Source: Callorhinchus milii
Taxonomy: Eukaryota
Direction: 5' to 3'
Assembly: GCF_018977255.1 (NCBI RefSeq)
Contig: NW_024704742.1
Location: 70,930,001 to 70,994,000 of the forward strand
Length of the DNA: 64,000 bases
The first letter of the stretch is position 1. The number at the start of each line of letters is the position of its first letter. The position numbers and the translations under genes were made by a program. A model generated the notes under the pieces. It made no database searches. It was not told the origin of the DNA and saw only the letters and a program-made list of their open reading frames with translations. Positions 22,331-35,269 of the stretch are shown here, one piece after another.

Positions 22331-25300
22331 TGTCATTGTTTCAAATGTATGGATTATCAATATTATTAGGGTGGAGGTGCCAGCTTGGCTCAGTCAATTG
22401 CATTCCTGACTCGGAGACAGAAGGCTTTAAGCTCGCAGTCGAGGCAGCGCTCCGGTGCAGTTCTGGGCAGCATTGAATTGCCAGGTTGCAGTCTGTCCTT
22501 CACATGAGACCTTAAACCGAGGCTGTTATGGCTGTTCATGTGGAAGTTAAAGATCCCACAACAGTATTAGAATAAAGAAGGGAAGTTTCTCTCTCCCAGT
22601 GTCCAAGCTCATGATTCCCCCAGACAAAATTGATTGTCACTTAATGGCTGTGGCAAGACATCAAATTAATGTCTCATCACAAGTATATTATAGTATAGCG
22701 TTGGAACATCAGCCGAGACTGTGAATTCAAAGTCCCGTCATCGTGGGGGCTTGAACCTTCCACTTTCTGACTGAATCAAGGGCGAGAGTGCCACCGACTG
22801 ATTCAGCCTGACACTTGTATTGTGTTTCCTGTGTACTGTGGGTTCACAGTGAGCCTGTGTTTATATACAGAGCTGCATCGCAGGAATTGTGTGTGGAATT
22901 GAATGGGTGGCAGACAGATGGAAGGATAGATAGACCAATGGACAAATGCTGCCTGTACTTACTGCAAGAGAAAGTTGTACTTTACCCTGTGGCCACTAGG
23001 GTGTGCAGCTTGATACAGTTTCTGACCAGATTTGGATAAGAGCAGCATAGTGGAATCCAACACTAGGAATAAACTGCAAGGCTTTCAGGATTCTGTGTTA
23101 TGGTGAGTCTAATCACTAACACTTTGTCTGAATCAGGCATAACAACTTCATAAAATCAATCACCGAATGTTACAAATCACACACAACCTACGTTGAGAGG
23201 ATGAAGGGCAGAGGGTGTCTACATCTGTATCTGCAGGCCTGTAACGTAGTTGTTAGAGTGCTCGTCTCAAAAGCGAAAGGACCAGGGTGTGATTCCCAGA
23301 CAGGGCGAAACCTAGGCAAGTTTCCTTACTCCAACCAGCTCTGTTTACCTAGCAGTAAGTTGGAACCCAGTTGTTGGCCAGGGTACTCGCAGAAACCTTC
23401 TCTTTTCGCTTAGCGACAGACCTTTAAAATGCAACTGAACAGGCATGGACGTGATCTTGTTTTAATGTCTCAACCAAAAAGACAGTGCCTCCAGCGATGA
23501 AGTGCTCCCCCTGCCCACATCCACCCCCCCCCACCACCACTTCACCCCTCCATTCCTAGCACTGCATTGGAACGTCAGCCATTGACTGCAAGTTCAAAGA
23601 CCCCATTAAGGGGGCTTGAACCCACAACCTTCTGACCCAGAGAAGTGATTTTTCGATCTGCTGAAATGCTGCATCAAATGAAGGAATTATTGCAGTTCTT
23701 AAATTATTACCTGCTAAATTTATATATTTTTTGAAAAATAAGAAAATGTTATGACACTACAACATTTCTCCCCCTCTTCCCCCCTAGCCAGTTAATAGCA
23801 GGTCCTACACCAACTAAATTGCAACCTTGCGCCAACTCCCGACCCACTGAAATATGTGGTTTTAAATTTAATCATATGGGCTCTTGCTCTGTAATCTCTG
23901 CTTCGCTTTTCAGTAAGCAAATTCTTCTTATTTTGCTGTAACCAGCAACCCAACAAAGAAACAAAGAATGTTTACTCTTTCTTGGGCTTCCCAGCTGATG
24001 TTTTGGCTGTGATCTCTCCTGCCAGGCGTTTGTGGCACCTGGATGTGCTTGGCTCTCTCTCTCTCTTTCTCTCTTACTGTTTCTGGTTAGGAAATTTAAA
24101 GAAAAAAAAATCTTTGCATTTGATATCGCGCCTTATCACGTTGCTGAGAGATTTCAAAGTGCTTCACAGAATATACTTTAAAGTGGATTAACTGTATATT
24201 TTGTGGGTGAAACAAGGCAGCCAATTGCACACAGCAGTGTCCCACAAACAGTCGTGGATTGAGTGACCAATTTTTTTTTGAGGGATTATTTCCCCTGGAA
24301 AGCGATCCGTCGATCGACTAACAACCAGATTCATACTTACTGCTAGGTAAGCAGAGGCGTGTGGAGTAAGGAAACTTGCTTGAGGTTTCATCCTCTTTCG
24401 TGTAAGGCGAGTGCTCTAACTATAATGCTACAGGACACTAATGCCCTGGGATGAGAGAGAGACAGAAATATAGAGGTGATCTGAGTGAAGCCAGGAATGG
24501 AAACCTCCCAGGTCTCTGCAGCTAGGTTTGAGCGTGGGATTCCTTCGCAGGTGAAAGAGGTGTGACAAACAGTCACACGTCACGCTTACCGTCACACCTA
24601 ACCAGGCCACAAACCTCCGGCTTTGTGGTTTCAGCCAGGCTCACACAGCAGGCCTGCCTCTTCAACAATGTGGCAAAGTCTGATGCATCTTTCTCGTTTT
24701 TATTTCTTGTTTCTTTATTTCCCATTTCTTTTATTTCGCCCACCAGATACACCGTCACTCCACTTTACAGCATGTTCTGTGAAGCACTTTGAGATGTCTC
24801 AACGACATGACAAGGTGCTATATCATTCTTCTTATTTATTTCTATTTCTCTTTTTGCTCTCTTTTGTCCCTTTTCTAGCACTCTTCTAGCGTTCTAGATC
24901 TCTCTCTCTCTTGCTCTTTCGCTCTCCACACAATCTCTTCACTTCACCCCCTCCCCCACTCCCATGCATGCACATGCTTCACATACCCCGATCAATGCTT
25001 CGCCAACGTCCACATGAAGAGGCACAGATGGGACCTCAGTTTAATGTCTCATACGAAGGACCCAACAGTGTTCCTGACAATGCCTAGGTAACATACATAT
25101 GTGGAACTCTATCTGGTATGGAGACTCTTAAATACAGTGATTAGTTTGACACTCGCTGACCTAACACAAACCCTTTCTATTTGACTTCTTTAATGTGATC
25201 TATTCAACCCAAGATTAGCACACAAGCAAGTGAGAGCAGCGGGTTCATAGACATGAGATGCTTCAGGATTTACAAACAGGAAAATGTAGGTTTAAAGTTA

Positions 25301-27189
25301 ATCCGTGTGAATGAGCATAATCAGTGTTGTTTGTCTCCCAAACAAGCACACACACACACACATCAGGAAAAGCTTTCTGATCTTTATTTTTTAATCTGTC
25401 CTTTTTTTAAAAAAAGGGCAGAAAAAGCCTGTGAGAGAGATACTAGCTTGACCTGACTTAAAGTCTCGACAATGAAGTATCTCCCCTACCTCCATTATAA
25501 TAATAATCCTTAGATTTGGTACAGAGAGATTCATGTCTGGAGGAAGTCTCAAGTGCTTCATAGGATATACTGTAAAATGGAGTGACTTGTGGGCAAATGC
25601 AGAGTCAGCTTGTGCACAGTAATACCCCACAAACACTCGTGAATAATAATAATCCTTGCATTTGTTAAAGCTCCTTATCATGCCATCTCAAAGAGCTTCA
25701 CAAGATTTACTGTAGAGTGTGGTGACTGTGTATTTTGTGGGCGAAATGCGGCAGCCAGTTGCTCACAGCAGTGTCCCACAAACAGCCATGGAGTGAGTGA
25801 CCAGTTTTATCTGGGGGATTGCTGGCCAGGACACAGGAAGAAACACCCTTCTCTTTTTCAAATAGAGCCGCATGATCTTTAACGTCCACCTGAACAGGCA
25901 GATGAGACCTTGGTTTAGCATCTTATCCAAAGGGCATGTTGACATGAAAGAAGGCCCAGCAATCGCAGGGGTTGTTATTAATAATCAAATCGCTTCCAAT
26001 GACCAAAATCTTCCTCTTTGCTTTTGATCAGCTCACACTATCTCCCACTGGTTTGAAACTCGCACGCTGCCCACCAACTCCCTTTTGCCATTCACTTGGA
26101 GTGGAGTTCCTCTCTCGGAGTATCACTCCTCTCGATTCAGCTTGTTTTGGTCTTTGTTTTCCTCTCGAGGCGTGGACACAATAATTTAGGCTTTAACATC
26201 ACAAGCAATTACTCGGCACAGACGGGAGCCCGGTGTTCTGCCCTTTCATCTCCGCCATTCAGCTTCCAATCTAGCCCAGACTGGGGGGATCAAAGCCTCT
26301 GCTGTGCTGATTGTAGGGGGAGTCCTGCCTGACGCAGTGGGGGAGGACGGTGCCTGTAGATACAGGCTCATAGCTTTACACTGGCCTCTCTGGCCAGCCG
26401 CAGGCATGGCTGGGGTGCGAATGGATAGATTACAACAGGGGGCAGTCCACTGGGTTTAAGGTGAGATACATCCATGGGGAGAGAGTGTAAAGGGAGCTTT
26501 ATGCTACCTCTAACCTACATTGTACCTATTTAGGGATGTATAGAGGGAGCTTTACTGTGTGTCTAACCCGCCCTGTCACTGACCTGGGAGTTTGGGCGTA
26601 CAGTGTAGAGGGAGCTTTACTGTGTCCCTAACCTATTCTGTCGCTGACCTAGGAGTGAGGATGGAACACACCCATCAAGTCCTTGCCCTGCTCACTGTGG
26701 AATTTTAATAAGGAAATGTAAGGAAATTCACAAAATGTAAGAAAATGTAAGGAGTATTAATTCCCTTTTTTAATTCCGCTTTCCAGGTTTTCCTTAATGT
26801 GTTTATTGCTCAGGTAGTGATTCACCTGTTTCCATTCCATCTTTGTGCAGCGGTGTGAGATGTTAACCTATGTTGAGAGGTATTATCTGAAAGTTATCCA
26901 GTTCTCTTTTTGAACAAATCTATTGATGAGACCTCGCTCGCCATTTGTGGCAATGAATGAAGCCTACACATAAAATACTCTTGAGTGAAGGAATTACTTT
27001 TGCCTGTTTCTCGCCAACAATCCTGAAACTAACCCTTGGCACTGGTTGAAGGTTTTTCCTTATTAACCTTGTCATTTCTTCAGACCTTTGAACACCTCTA
27101 TCGATAAGCTCTCTGGGACGTAGAGTGAGTGACCAATTTTATTTGGGGTTTTGTTGGCCAGGAGAACGTGAATAATGCAAATAATTATT

Positions 27190-27625
27190 ACTCTTGTTAA
27201 TAATAATAATGCTTAAATCAGATATGGCTCCTTTCATATCCAGAGGACGTCCCAAATTACTTCACAGGATATACTGTAAAGTGCAGTGACTGTGTTTTGT
27301 GGGTAAACGTGGAAGCCAATATATGCACAATAATCAGTCATGGAATGAGTGACCAATGTTTTATTTGGGGGATTGTTGACCAGGACACCGGGAGAGAGAA
27401 ACTCTTTTGACTTTTCAAGTAGTGCCATGGGATCTTTATTGTACAGGTAGCTTGGACCTCAGTTTAACGTGTCATCTGAAGGACGGCACCTCTGACAATA
27501 GAGCAAATCACTCAGCGCCGCGATGGGGTGTCAGATTAGACTATGTAATTTCAAATCCTGACATGGGACTTGAACCCAAAACCTTCTGACTCAGAAGCGA
27601 GAGTGTTACCATTGAGCCAGGCTGA
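27190..27625 (-). mobile_element. SINE family B (DeuSINE-like)
   Basis: Reverse complement of the family-B structure; shares private variants with 16078-16485. Confidence 0.82.
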
Positions 27626-27847
27626 ATCCTATCCAAGTTAATAGCAAAATAGGGACTTCCTTCCTTCCTCCCTCCCTCCCTCTTCTACTGTCCCTTTTCT
27701 ACCTGTCTCTTCTGTCTTCCCTCTACACTGTCCTCTTCTCACCCTCATCCCCTCCTCAGTTTGGTTAATAGCTGAATATTCACTTTGCTCCCGTAGAGAG
27801 CAGCTCTCATCCCAGGCCAAACTGCCCCCCAAACCTGTTTTTATAGT

Positions 27848-28218
27848 GGAGTCCTGTAACGTATTGGTTCGAGCCCTCACCTCGCAAGCAAGAGGACCTG
27901 GGTTTGATTCCTGGGCAGGGCAAAACCTTAGGCAAGTTTCCTTACTCCACACGCCTCTGTTTAACCAAGCTGTAAGTAGGAACCCGGTTATCAGTAGATT
28001 GGCAGATCGCTTCCCGGGGGTAATAATCCCTCAGAAAAATATGGTCACTCAATCTATGACTGTTTGTGGGACACTGCTGTGCGCTATTGGCTGCCGAGTC
28101 TCGCCCACAAAATATACAGTCGATCCACTTTAAAGTATATTCTGTATATATTCTGTGAAATGCTTTGAGACGTCTCAACGATGCGATAAGGCGCTATATC
28201 AAATATAAGGATTATTAT
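27848..28218 (+). mobile_element. Full-length family-A SINE, long subfamily
   Basis: Head, central domain, tail and ATT repeat all present. Confidence 0.88.
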
Positions 28219-29627
28219 TTTTTATTGTACCATGAAATTGTACATTGGCTTTAAACGTACATAATCGGCGTGCAGTGAGTAACTCCAAATATGTTTTTGT
28301 GACCCTTATTAACCTTCTGATAACCATTGTCGGGTCTCTCTGACTTGTGCGGAGTTTGATGTGCTCATAGGTTGGAGTGACCTGCAATCACTCACACTCA
28401 TTCATAAAAAAAAAGGCTCATTCATAAATTGAGCCTGATGTTCGTGGTTAGGGCTTGGTGTATGGAATACATTCCATTCCCCTGCTTCATACAATTCGTG
28501 GAGTCCTGTAGTGCATTGGCTAGCGTGCTCACCAGGTTCGGATCCCGGGCAAGTTTCCTTACTTCACTCGCCTCTGTTTACCTAGCAGTAAGTAGGTATC
28601 CGGTTGTTAGTCGATTGGTAGATCGCTTTCTGGAGGTAATAATCCACCCCCAAAATAATAATACAATAATACATGGGGTCACTCAATCCGTGATTGTTTG
28701 TGGGACGCTGCTGTGTGCAATTGGTTGCTGCGTTTCGCACAAAATAGAGTCAATTCACTTTACAGTATATTCTGTGAAGAGCTTTGAGACAACTCAATGA
28801 CCTGACAAGGCACTACATCAAATGCAAGGATTATTATGATTATAATCACAGTTTTCCCCACAGTGCTCTTAACCTAAGTATAATCTTTCATGTGAGATAA
28901 AGATTGTTGTTCAGATGAGACACTAAACCGAGCTCCTGTCTGTGCTCTGGTCAGTTGGATGTTAAAGAACCTGCAGCTATACTCGAGAGAAGGGAGTTTC
29001 ACTCTCCCCAGTGTCTTGGCCAACAATCCCCCCAGATAACAATTGGCCATTCACTTCATGGCTGTTTGTGGGATGTTGCTGTGTGCAGATTGGCTGCCAT
29101 GTTCACTTGCAAAATACACAGTCACTACACTTCAAAGAATAACCTTTCAAGCGCTTCGAGATATCCTCCTGACATAAATGGAACTGTATCAAACATACAG
29201 AATATTATTATTATGAAGTGTTTTACTGGCACGGTGTGGGTTATGGAGAAAGTGGTAAGAGGGGTACATAAGTGGTGACCAGTGGAAGAGGTAGGTTCTA
29301 GGAGGGTTTTGAAAGCAGGGGTGTGATGAAGAGGCAATTCCAAGGAGAAGGCATAACATGGCAGATCTTTTAATCCTTTTTCTCCACATATGTTCTTTTA
29401 AACCCCTCCAAGGTCTTGCTCCTCGTACCTCTGTGACCTACTAAAACATTGCCAACCTGTCTCTCCCCCCTGCCCTCTCCACATTCAGGTCTTCAGCCTT
29501 TCTGCCACAACCCCTCTGCCTCGCCCACTCCCTTGCCTCCTTCAAGGTCCATCTCAAAACCTTCCTCTTTGACCCTCCTCTTGACTCCAACTCCCACCTT
29601 AGGTGCAAATCCTTGAATGTTCAGGGC

Positions 29628-29942
29628 CTTAATAATAATAATAATCCTTGCATTTGGTATAGCGCTTTTCACGTCTTCTAGTCATCTCAAAGCGCTTCAC
29701 AGAATATACTGTAAAGTGAATTGACTGTATATTTGTGGGCGAAACGCGGCAGCCAATTGGGCACAGCAGTGTCCCACAAACAGTCATGGATTGAAGTGAC
29801 CAATTTATTATTGTTTTTGGTTTTGGAGGGATTATTATTAGGCGTGTGGAATAAGGAAACTTGCCCAAGGTTTCGACCTGCCAGGAATCGAACCCAGGTC
29901 TCTCACTTGAGAGGCGAGTGCTCTAACCACTGAGCTACAGGC
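29628..29942 (-). mobile_element. Family-A SINE, short subfamily
   Basis: Close reverse-complement match to 1310-1625. Confidence 0.9.
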
Positions 29943-32900
29943 CTTGGGATACCATCCCGATATGAAAGGTACTATATAAATGCAATTTGTTGTTGTTGAT
30001 GTTCTTAGATGTGCAGTGGTTGAAAAGAAAGGACAAAGATGGGTAGTAAGGCATATGGAGTAAAGCCAACGAAATGGGATTAAAGGATCTGTCATGATCA
30101 TATAAAATAGCGGAAGAGAGGCCTATGAGCAGAGACTGAAAGAACTGGAACAAAGAAGGTTGAGGGGTGACCTGATCAAGATCTTTAAAATTATGATTTG
30201 ATAGTCATTAGGTGAGAAATTATTCACACTAGTTGATGAGTCAGTGACTGAAGGCGTTATTTTAAAATAGTAAACAAGCAAATGGGGAGATGTTTTCAAA
30301 CACAGATTGGTTCAGATGTGTTTTTCCGAGAGCAATGGTTGAGGCAGAATCCATATTAGCTTTATAATAATAATAATCCTTGCATTTCACGTCTTTCAGA
30401 AGGGATCTAGACAGATAGCTGAAAAGAGACAGCTACAAGGGTATAGGGGATTCCACTCTTGCCCCTCAGTCAGAAGATTGCGATTAAGACTTATCAAGAC
30501 TTTGAGCTCAGTCTAGGCTGATGCTCCAGCAGAGTACTGGCGGACACTGCATTGTCAGAGGTTCCATCCTTTGAATTGAGACATTAAACTGAGGTCTGTT
30601 AGGTGAACGTGAAAATCCTGCGGTACTGTTGGAAAAGAGAAGGGAGTTTCTCTCTCCTGGTGTCCTGGCTAACAATCCCCCAGATAAAATCAGTCACTCA
30701 ATTCATGGCTGTTTGTGGGGATGTTACTGTGCCCAAATTGGCTGCAGCCTTCACCTACAAAATACACAGTCATTACACTTTAAAGTAAATCATGTGAGGC
30801 ATTGTAAGACATCCTTCTGATGTGAAAGGCGTTGTATCAAATATATGGATTGTCATTATTATATTGTATTTGCCAATGGACAGTGAAGGCTTCTTTTCCT
30901 TTAGAAGCCAGTAGCTTTTTTTGGAGAGTCAAAAGTTAATATAATTTTCCCCACCTAACGGCTGCTAAGTCTTAAACAACAGATGCATATCTCCCTCCCC
31001 CCTTCACGCCTGCCCTCCTGTAAATAGTGCCGTTGAGAAGTTGCTGTCTTTGAGCAACTGTGCGCTCACTGTCTGTCCTGTCATTACCTGGAGCGTGCAC
31101 ACCCATAATCAGCAAACATCTGCTTCCGATTGCAAATCACAAGCGTTGCCTGTGTCTGTTGCATCAATACACACAGGCCTGTCCTTTGCAGATTAATCGC
31201 AATCCTCCCCTCATCATTCCACCACTCCTCCCCCCCCCACCATCATCACCACCTTTTCACATGCCTGTTTGTACCCTAATTCCATGCTGCAGCTACAGGA
31301 CACCTGAATTCATGCTTCTAACTTTAGTTAACTCGAGGAACAGCTGAGCATCGCTGCACGCTACAGGCAGCCTTCTGTTTCTCTGGTTTGGTTCTTTCCC
31401 CTTCGGGTGTTTCAGATGTTCTCAACCTGTTGTCCAGACTGTTCTCTTCTTTTTTTTAAAAAAAAATTCTCCAAAAAAAGTATTCTTGTTTAGCCACCGA
31501 GCTCCATAGTTGAACGTAACCACTCTCGTTTGGAACAGATTGGTATGATTTTACTATGGTAATAATAATAATCCTGGTATTTGATATAGCGCCTTATCAC
31601 ATCTTTGAGACGTCTCAAAGCGTTTCACAGGATATACTGTAAAGTGAATTTTGTGACTTGTTTATTTTGTGGGTGAAATGCAGCAGCCAACTGTGCACAG
31701 TAGTGTGGAGTAAGGAAACTTGCCTAAGGTTTTGCCCTATCCTGGAATCAAAGTCAGGACCTCTCACTTGCGAGCTGAGTTCTCTAACCACTGAGCTACA
31801 GGACTCCACTTTAGCCTCCCCACATAGCCTGGGCTGATGGCAGAAAACTCAGGCCCAGAGCGGGATTTGAACCCGAGCTCCATCCAAACCACCAAGGGTG
31901 CACTTTCCCCTTCCCCCATCTGCTCCACAACTTTCAGTCTGAATAAGTTCCTCTAAAGTGACTGTTCCTTTGCAAAAGATTTTCTTTTCAAACAAAATTG
32001 TGGCGATTCAGGCTTATTCACTTAACAAGAATCGGCTATCGAATTACTGCTTTACTCGGGCTTACATCAGAGTGTTTGGTTGGTACCACATGAAATGAAT
32101 TCCAGCCTTTAGCCGTGTGTAATTAAGTTTGGCATGATTATGTGAGACAAATTGGAGAATAATGCTTCTTTTGGTTCTCTAACCACAGTGTTCAGACCTC
32201 TTTTACCTTAATAACTATGTACTAATCAGAGCGTGACTGCCTAGTTAGACTTGCTACAAGGAGGAGGAGGGTGTGTGTGTGTTTGGGTGGGGGGGGGTTG
32301 CCTTTCAGTGTGGTGCAAGAGTATCTGAGTTTCAGAAACTGAGGCCAGGCCTGACAAACAATCACCTTGTATAAAAGGACAGGATTCCAATGAAATTGGT
32401 TCAACAGCACTTGAAATAAGGCTTTAAAACACCGAGGCACTGATTTACCAATGGAAAAATGGCAGCATTTGTATTTTTTGCAGTTTCTATTGCGTGGCCC
32501 TGTGTTGGCACTTTAGCTCAGTTCAGGCTCTCATTCCAGCACAGCGTGGAGAGAGTGCATGTGTTTCTGGGGAGGTGGGGGGATGGCACTGCATTATCAT
32601 TGGTGCCATCCATCATAGATGTTAAATACCAGGTCCTTGACTGTCCGTTCACTTCTTCATGTGGATGTTATTAATGATAATCATATCCTTGTATTTGATG
32701 TAGCACCTTATCAAGTCGTTGAGACGTTTCAAAGTGCTTCACAGGATATACTGTAAAGTGGAGTGACTATTTTCTGGGTGAAATGAGGCAGCCAGTTGCA
32801 CACGCTAATATCTCACAAACAGCTGTAGAGTGAGTGACCAATTTTATCTGGAAGATTGTTGGTCAGAACACTGGGAGAGAGACATTCCCTCCTCTTTTTC

Positions 32901-35164
32901 GAATAGTGCCTGGGATCTTTATCGGCCCCCTGAACAGGCACAAAGGGATCTTCATTTAACATCTCATCTGAAGGACGGGTTTGATTTGACCCAGTGATAT
33001 GATTGGGGGGAAAATAATTGAGTTCCTCTCTCTTGATATCCCCTGGCCAACAATCCCCAGATAAATTGGTTCATTCACCTCCTGACTGCGTGGTGGAATC
33101 TTGTTCCCAGTGATTTGGGACCTTCTCCTGACGTGAAAGATGCTGTGCAAATGAAATGTGGTGTTGTTGCCTGAAAATGGAAAGGTCACTATTATAATAA
33201 AAATATTCTTCCTGAGATTTGTTATATAAAAGCTCCTTTCACGATAGGAAGGCATCTCAATGCTGTGTATTTTATCGGCAAACGTAGCTGTCAATTTTGC
33301 ATGCAGCAATATCCCATAAACAGCCATGAATATTGTAGGAGGGCTGTTGTTGGCCAGGAGAAACTCTGTTTCTTCGAATAGCTCCATAGGATTTTTAATG
33401 TCCACCAGAACAGGCAGACAGGACCTTGGTTTAACGTGTCTTCTGAAGGATGGCACCTCTGACAATGCAGTGCAAGCCTGTACTGGAGTATCGGCTTAAA
33501 TTGTGCCAGGTAAAAAGTCCCGATGTGGGATTTGAACCCACAACCTTCCAACTTGGAGGACAGAGAGCCTTGGAGGCCAGACTGAGCCAGACTGATACTA
33601 CACTTGATGGTGATCAATGTTTTGTCTCCTTCATTGCTGTGAGCGTCTGAGACGCTGAGCTTTTTCGCTGTGGCTCCTGGCCAGCTTGTGGGAGATGGTC
33701 CGTGAGCTTGTGCAGGATTGTGGCGGGAGATGAAGGGATTTACTGAGAGGGTTCCAGAGAGTAGGGGAAAAGTATTTTAAACTCCTGATAACTCAACCCT
33801 AGCTTAACTTCTGCTCCCTCCACTCAGCAGGCTATGGTCCGCTCCAAGTCTCCCCACCTGCCCGCCCCACATTCGCAGATGGACCTTCAGCCTCTCTGCC
33901 CCCACCCTTTGGAGCTCCGTCCCACAGTCCATTTGCCTCGCCCCTCCCTTGCCTCCTTTAAGGAGAGTCTCAAGATCTTCCTCTTTGACCGCGCATTCGG
34001 TCAGCCTCCAACCCCCACCTTGCCTGCCCTCCACCCCTCTTGATCCCAACCCCCAGCTTAGGTCCAAATCCTTGACTGTCCAACGCCTTCAGACATCCTC
34101 CCGACATGAAAGCCACTATACAAATGCAATTTATTGTTCAGCTCAAGTCATCATGCTGTCAATATTTCAGCCACATTTATTTATGTACTTATACATATGC
34201 CTAACTACCTACTTCTGATAACACGTCAATGAGAGGTGAGTTATCAGGAGTTTACTGTAACTGAAAGACTGAGTTGGTGGAGTGGAGAGAATGGGCGGGC
34301 AAGTAGGATTGCCAGAGACGCCAGACACAGGGTGGGAGGGATGCCTTGGAGACATTTGCAGGTGAGGACAAGGATCTTATAGCTGATCTGCTGGGGAAGA
34401 GGGAATAGGTGGGGCTCGGCTTGGCATGAATTGGGCAATGGGCTTGCAGAGCCTGGTGTGGGAGAGAATGTAAGCTTCGGAGATCTGGATGTAGTGTCGT
34501 GGGGGGGAGGAAGAGGGGGGAGCACTTTAAAGTAGCGATCGCTTTTGCATGACTCTCTGAAGGCTGAATCCCTAGCATTGGCTGTGAGCCAGCCAGCCAG
34601 CTCCCAGCGATGTGAATGTGGTTTCTGCATCCTATAATAACGCAGGCTTTGATCTGGCTGATGTGCGAGACATTGATGTGAACGCTTTCATTTACGGCTG
34701 GATTTTTTGGTGTTGATTCATAACGGCCTCTCCATTACCTTCCCCTGAAAAAGAGGGGTCATTAATCTGCTCGTTCAGGTGAGTGACGCCCACGTTAGGA
34801 GATGGAATGTTCCTTTGTCTCCTTCATTCGAATGGCGTTCAGTTTCCGAGTCAAACACAACACAAGTGTAAAGTGCAGAACAACCTCGAGATCGCCCCAC
34901 ACCAAACGTCTGTCTCCCCCACAACACAAACATGCATTACTCCAAAAGTTCTTGGTTCAAACCCACTTAGTCTATGATGATGCTCTCGCTTGTGAACTAG
35001 TACACTACGGGATTTCGAATGATGCACTGAGGTTAACATTGTTGCATGTTCAACCCAGGTAATCTGTATTAGTATTTAGTTTAAGTAGATGCAGGTTGAG
35101 AGCATGAGACAATGATGAGATTGAGTGGATAAAGCCAGGTCTCTTGTGCTCCTCCTATTCTCAG

Positions 35165-35269
35165 ATGCCAGAAAAGAAACCGGACGTGGGGTCTAATTCC
35201 CTGAAAAGCCCGCGGAGGCCGTTTACCATGGGGGAAATTAAAACCAAAATGAAGACCTTGGTCGGAAAG
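35165..35269 (+). CDS. npm1: Nucleophosmin-like exon (NPM1 exon 9 equivalent): MPEKKPDVGSNSLKSPRRPFTMGEIKTKMKTLVGK
   Basis: ttctcag|...|gtaaac; 105 nt, phase 0-0; EIKTKM matches NPM1 DIKAKM (helix 1 of the C-terminal domain). Confidence 0.92.

Noticed and set aside
23789..23820. Strong polypyrimidine tract and AG considered as the exon-8 acceptor
   Set aside because: The phase-0 frame reaches TAA after nine codons without a good donor.
34783..34977. Short ORF considered as the missing Npm exon 8
   Set aside because: No convincing donor site and no similarity to the NPM1 basic region.
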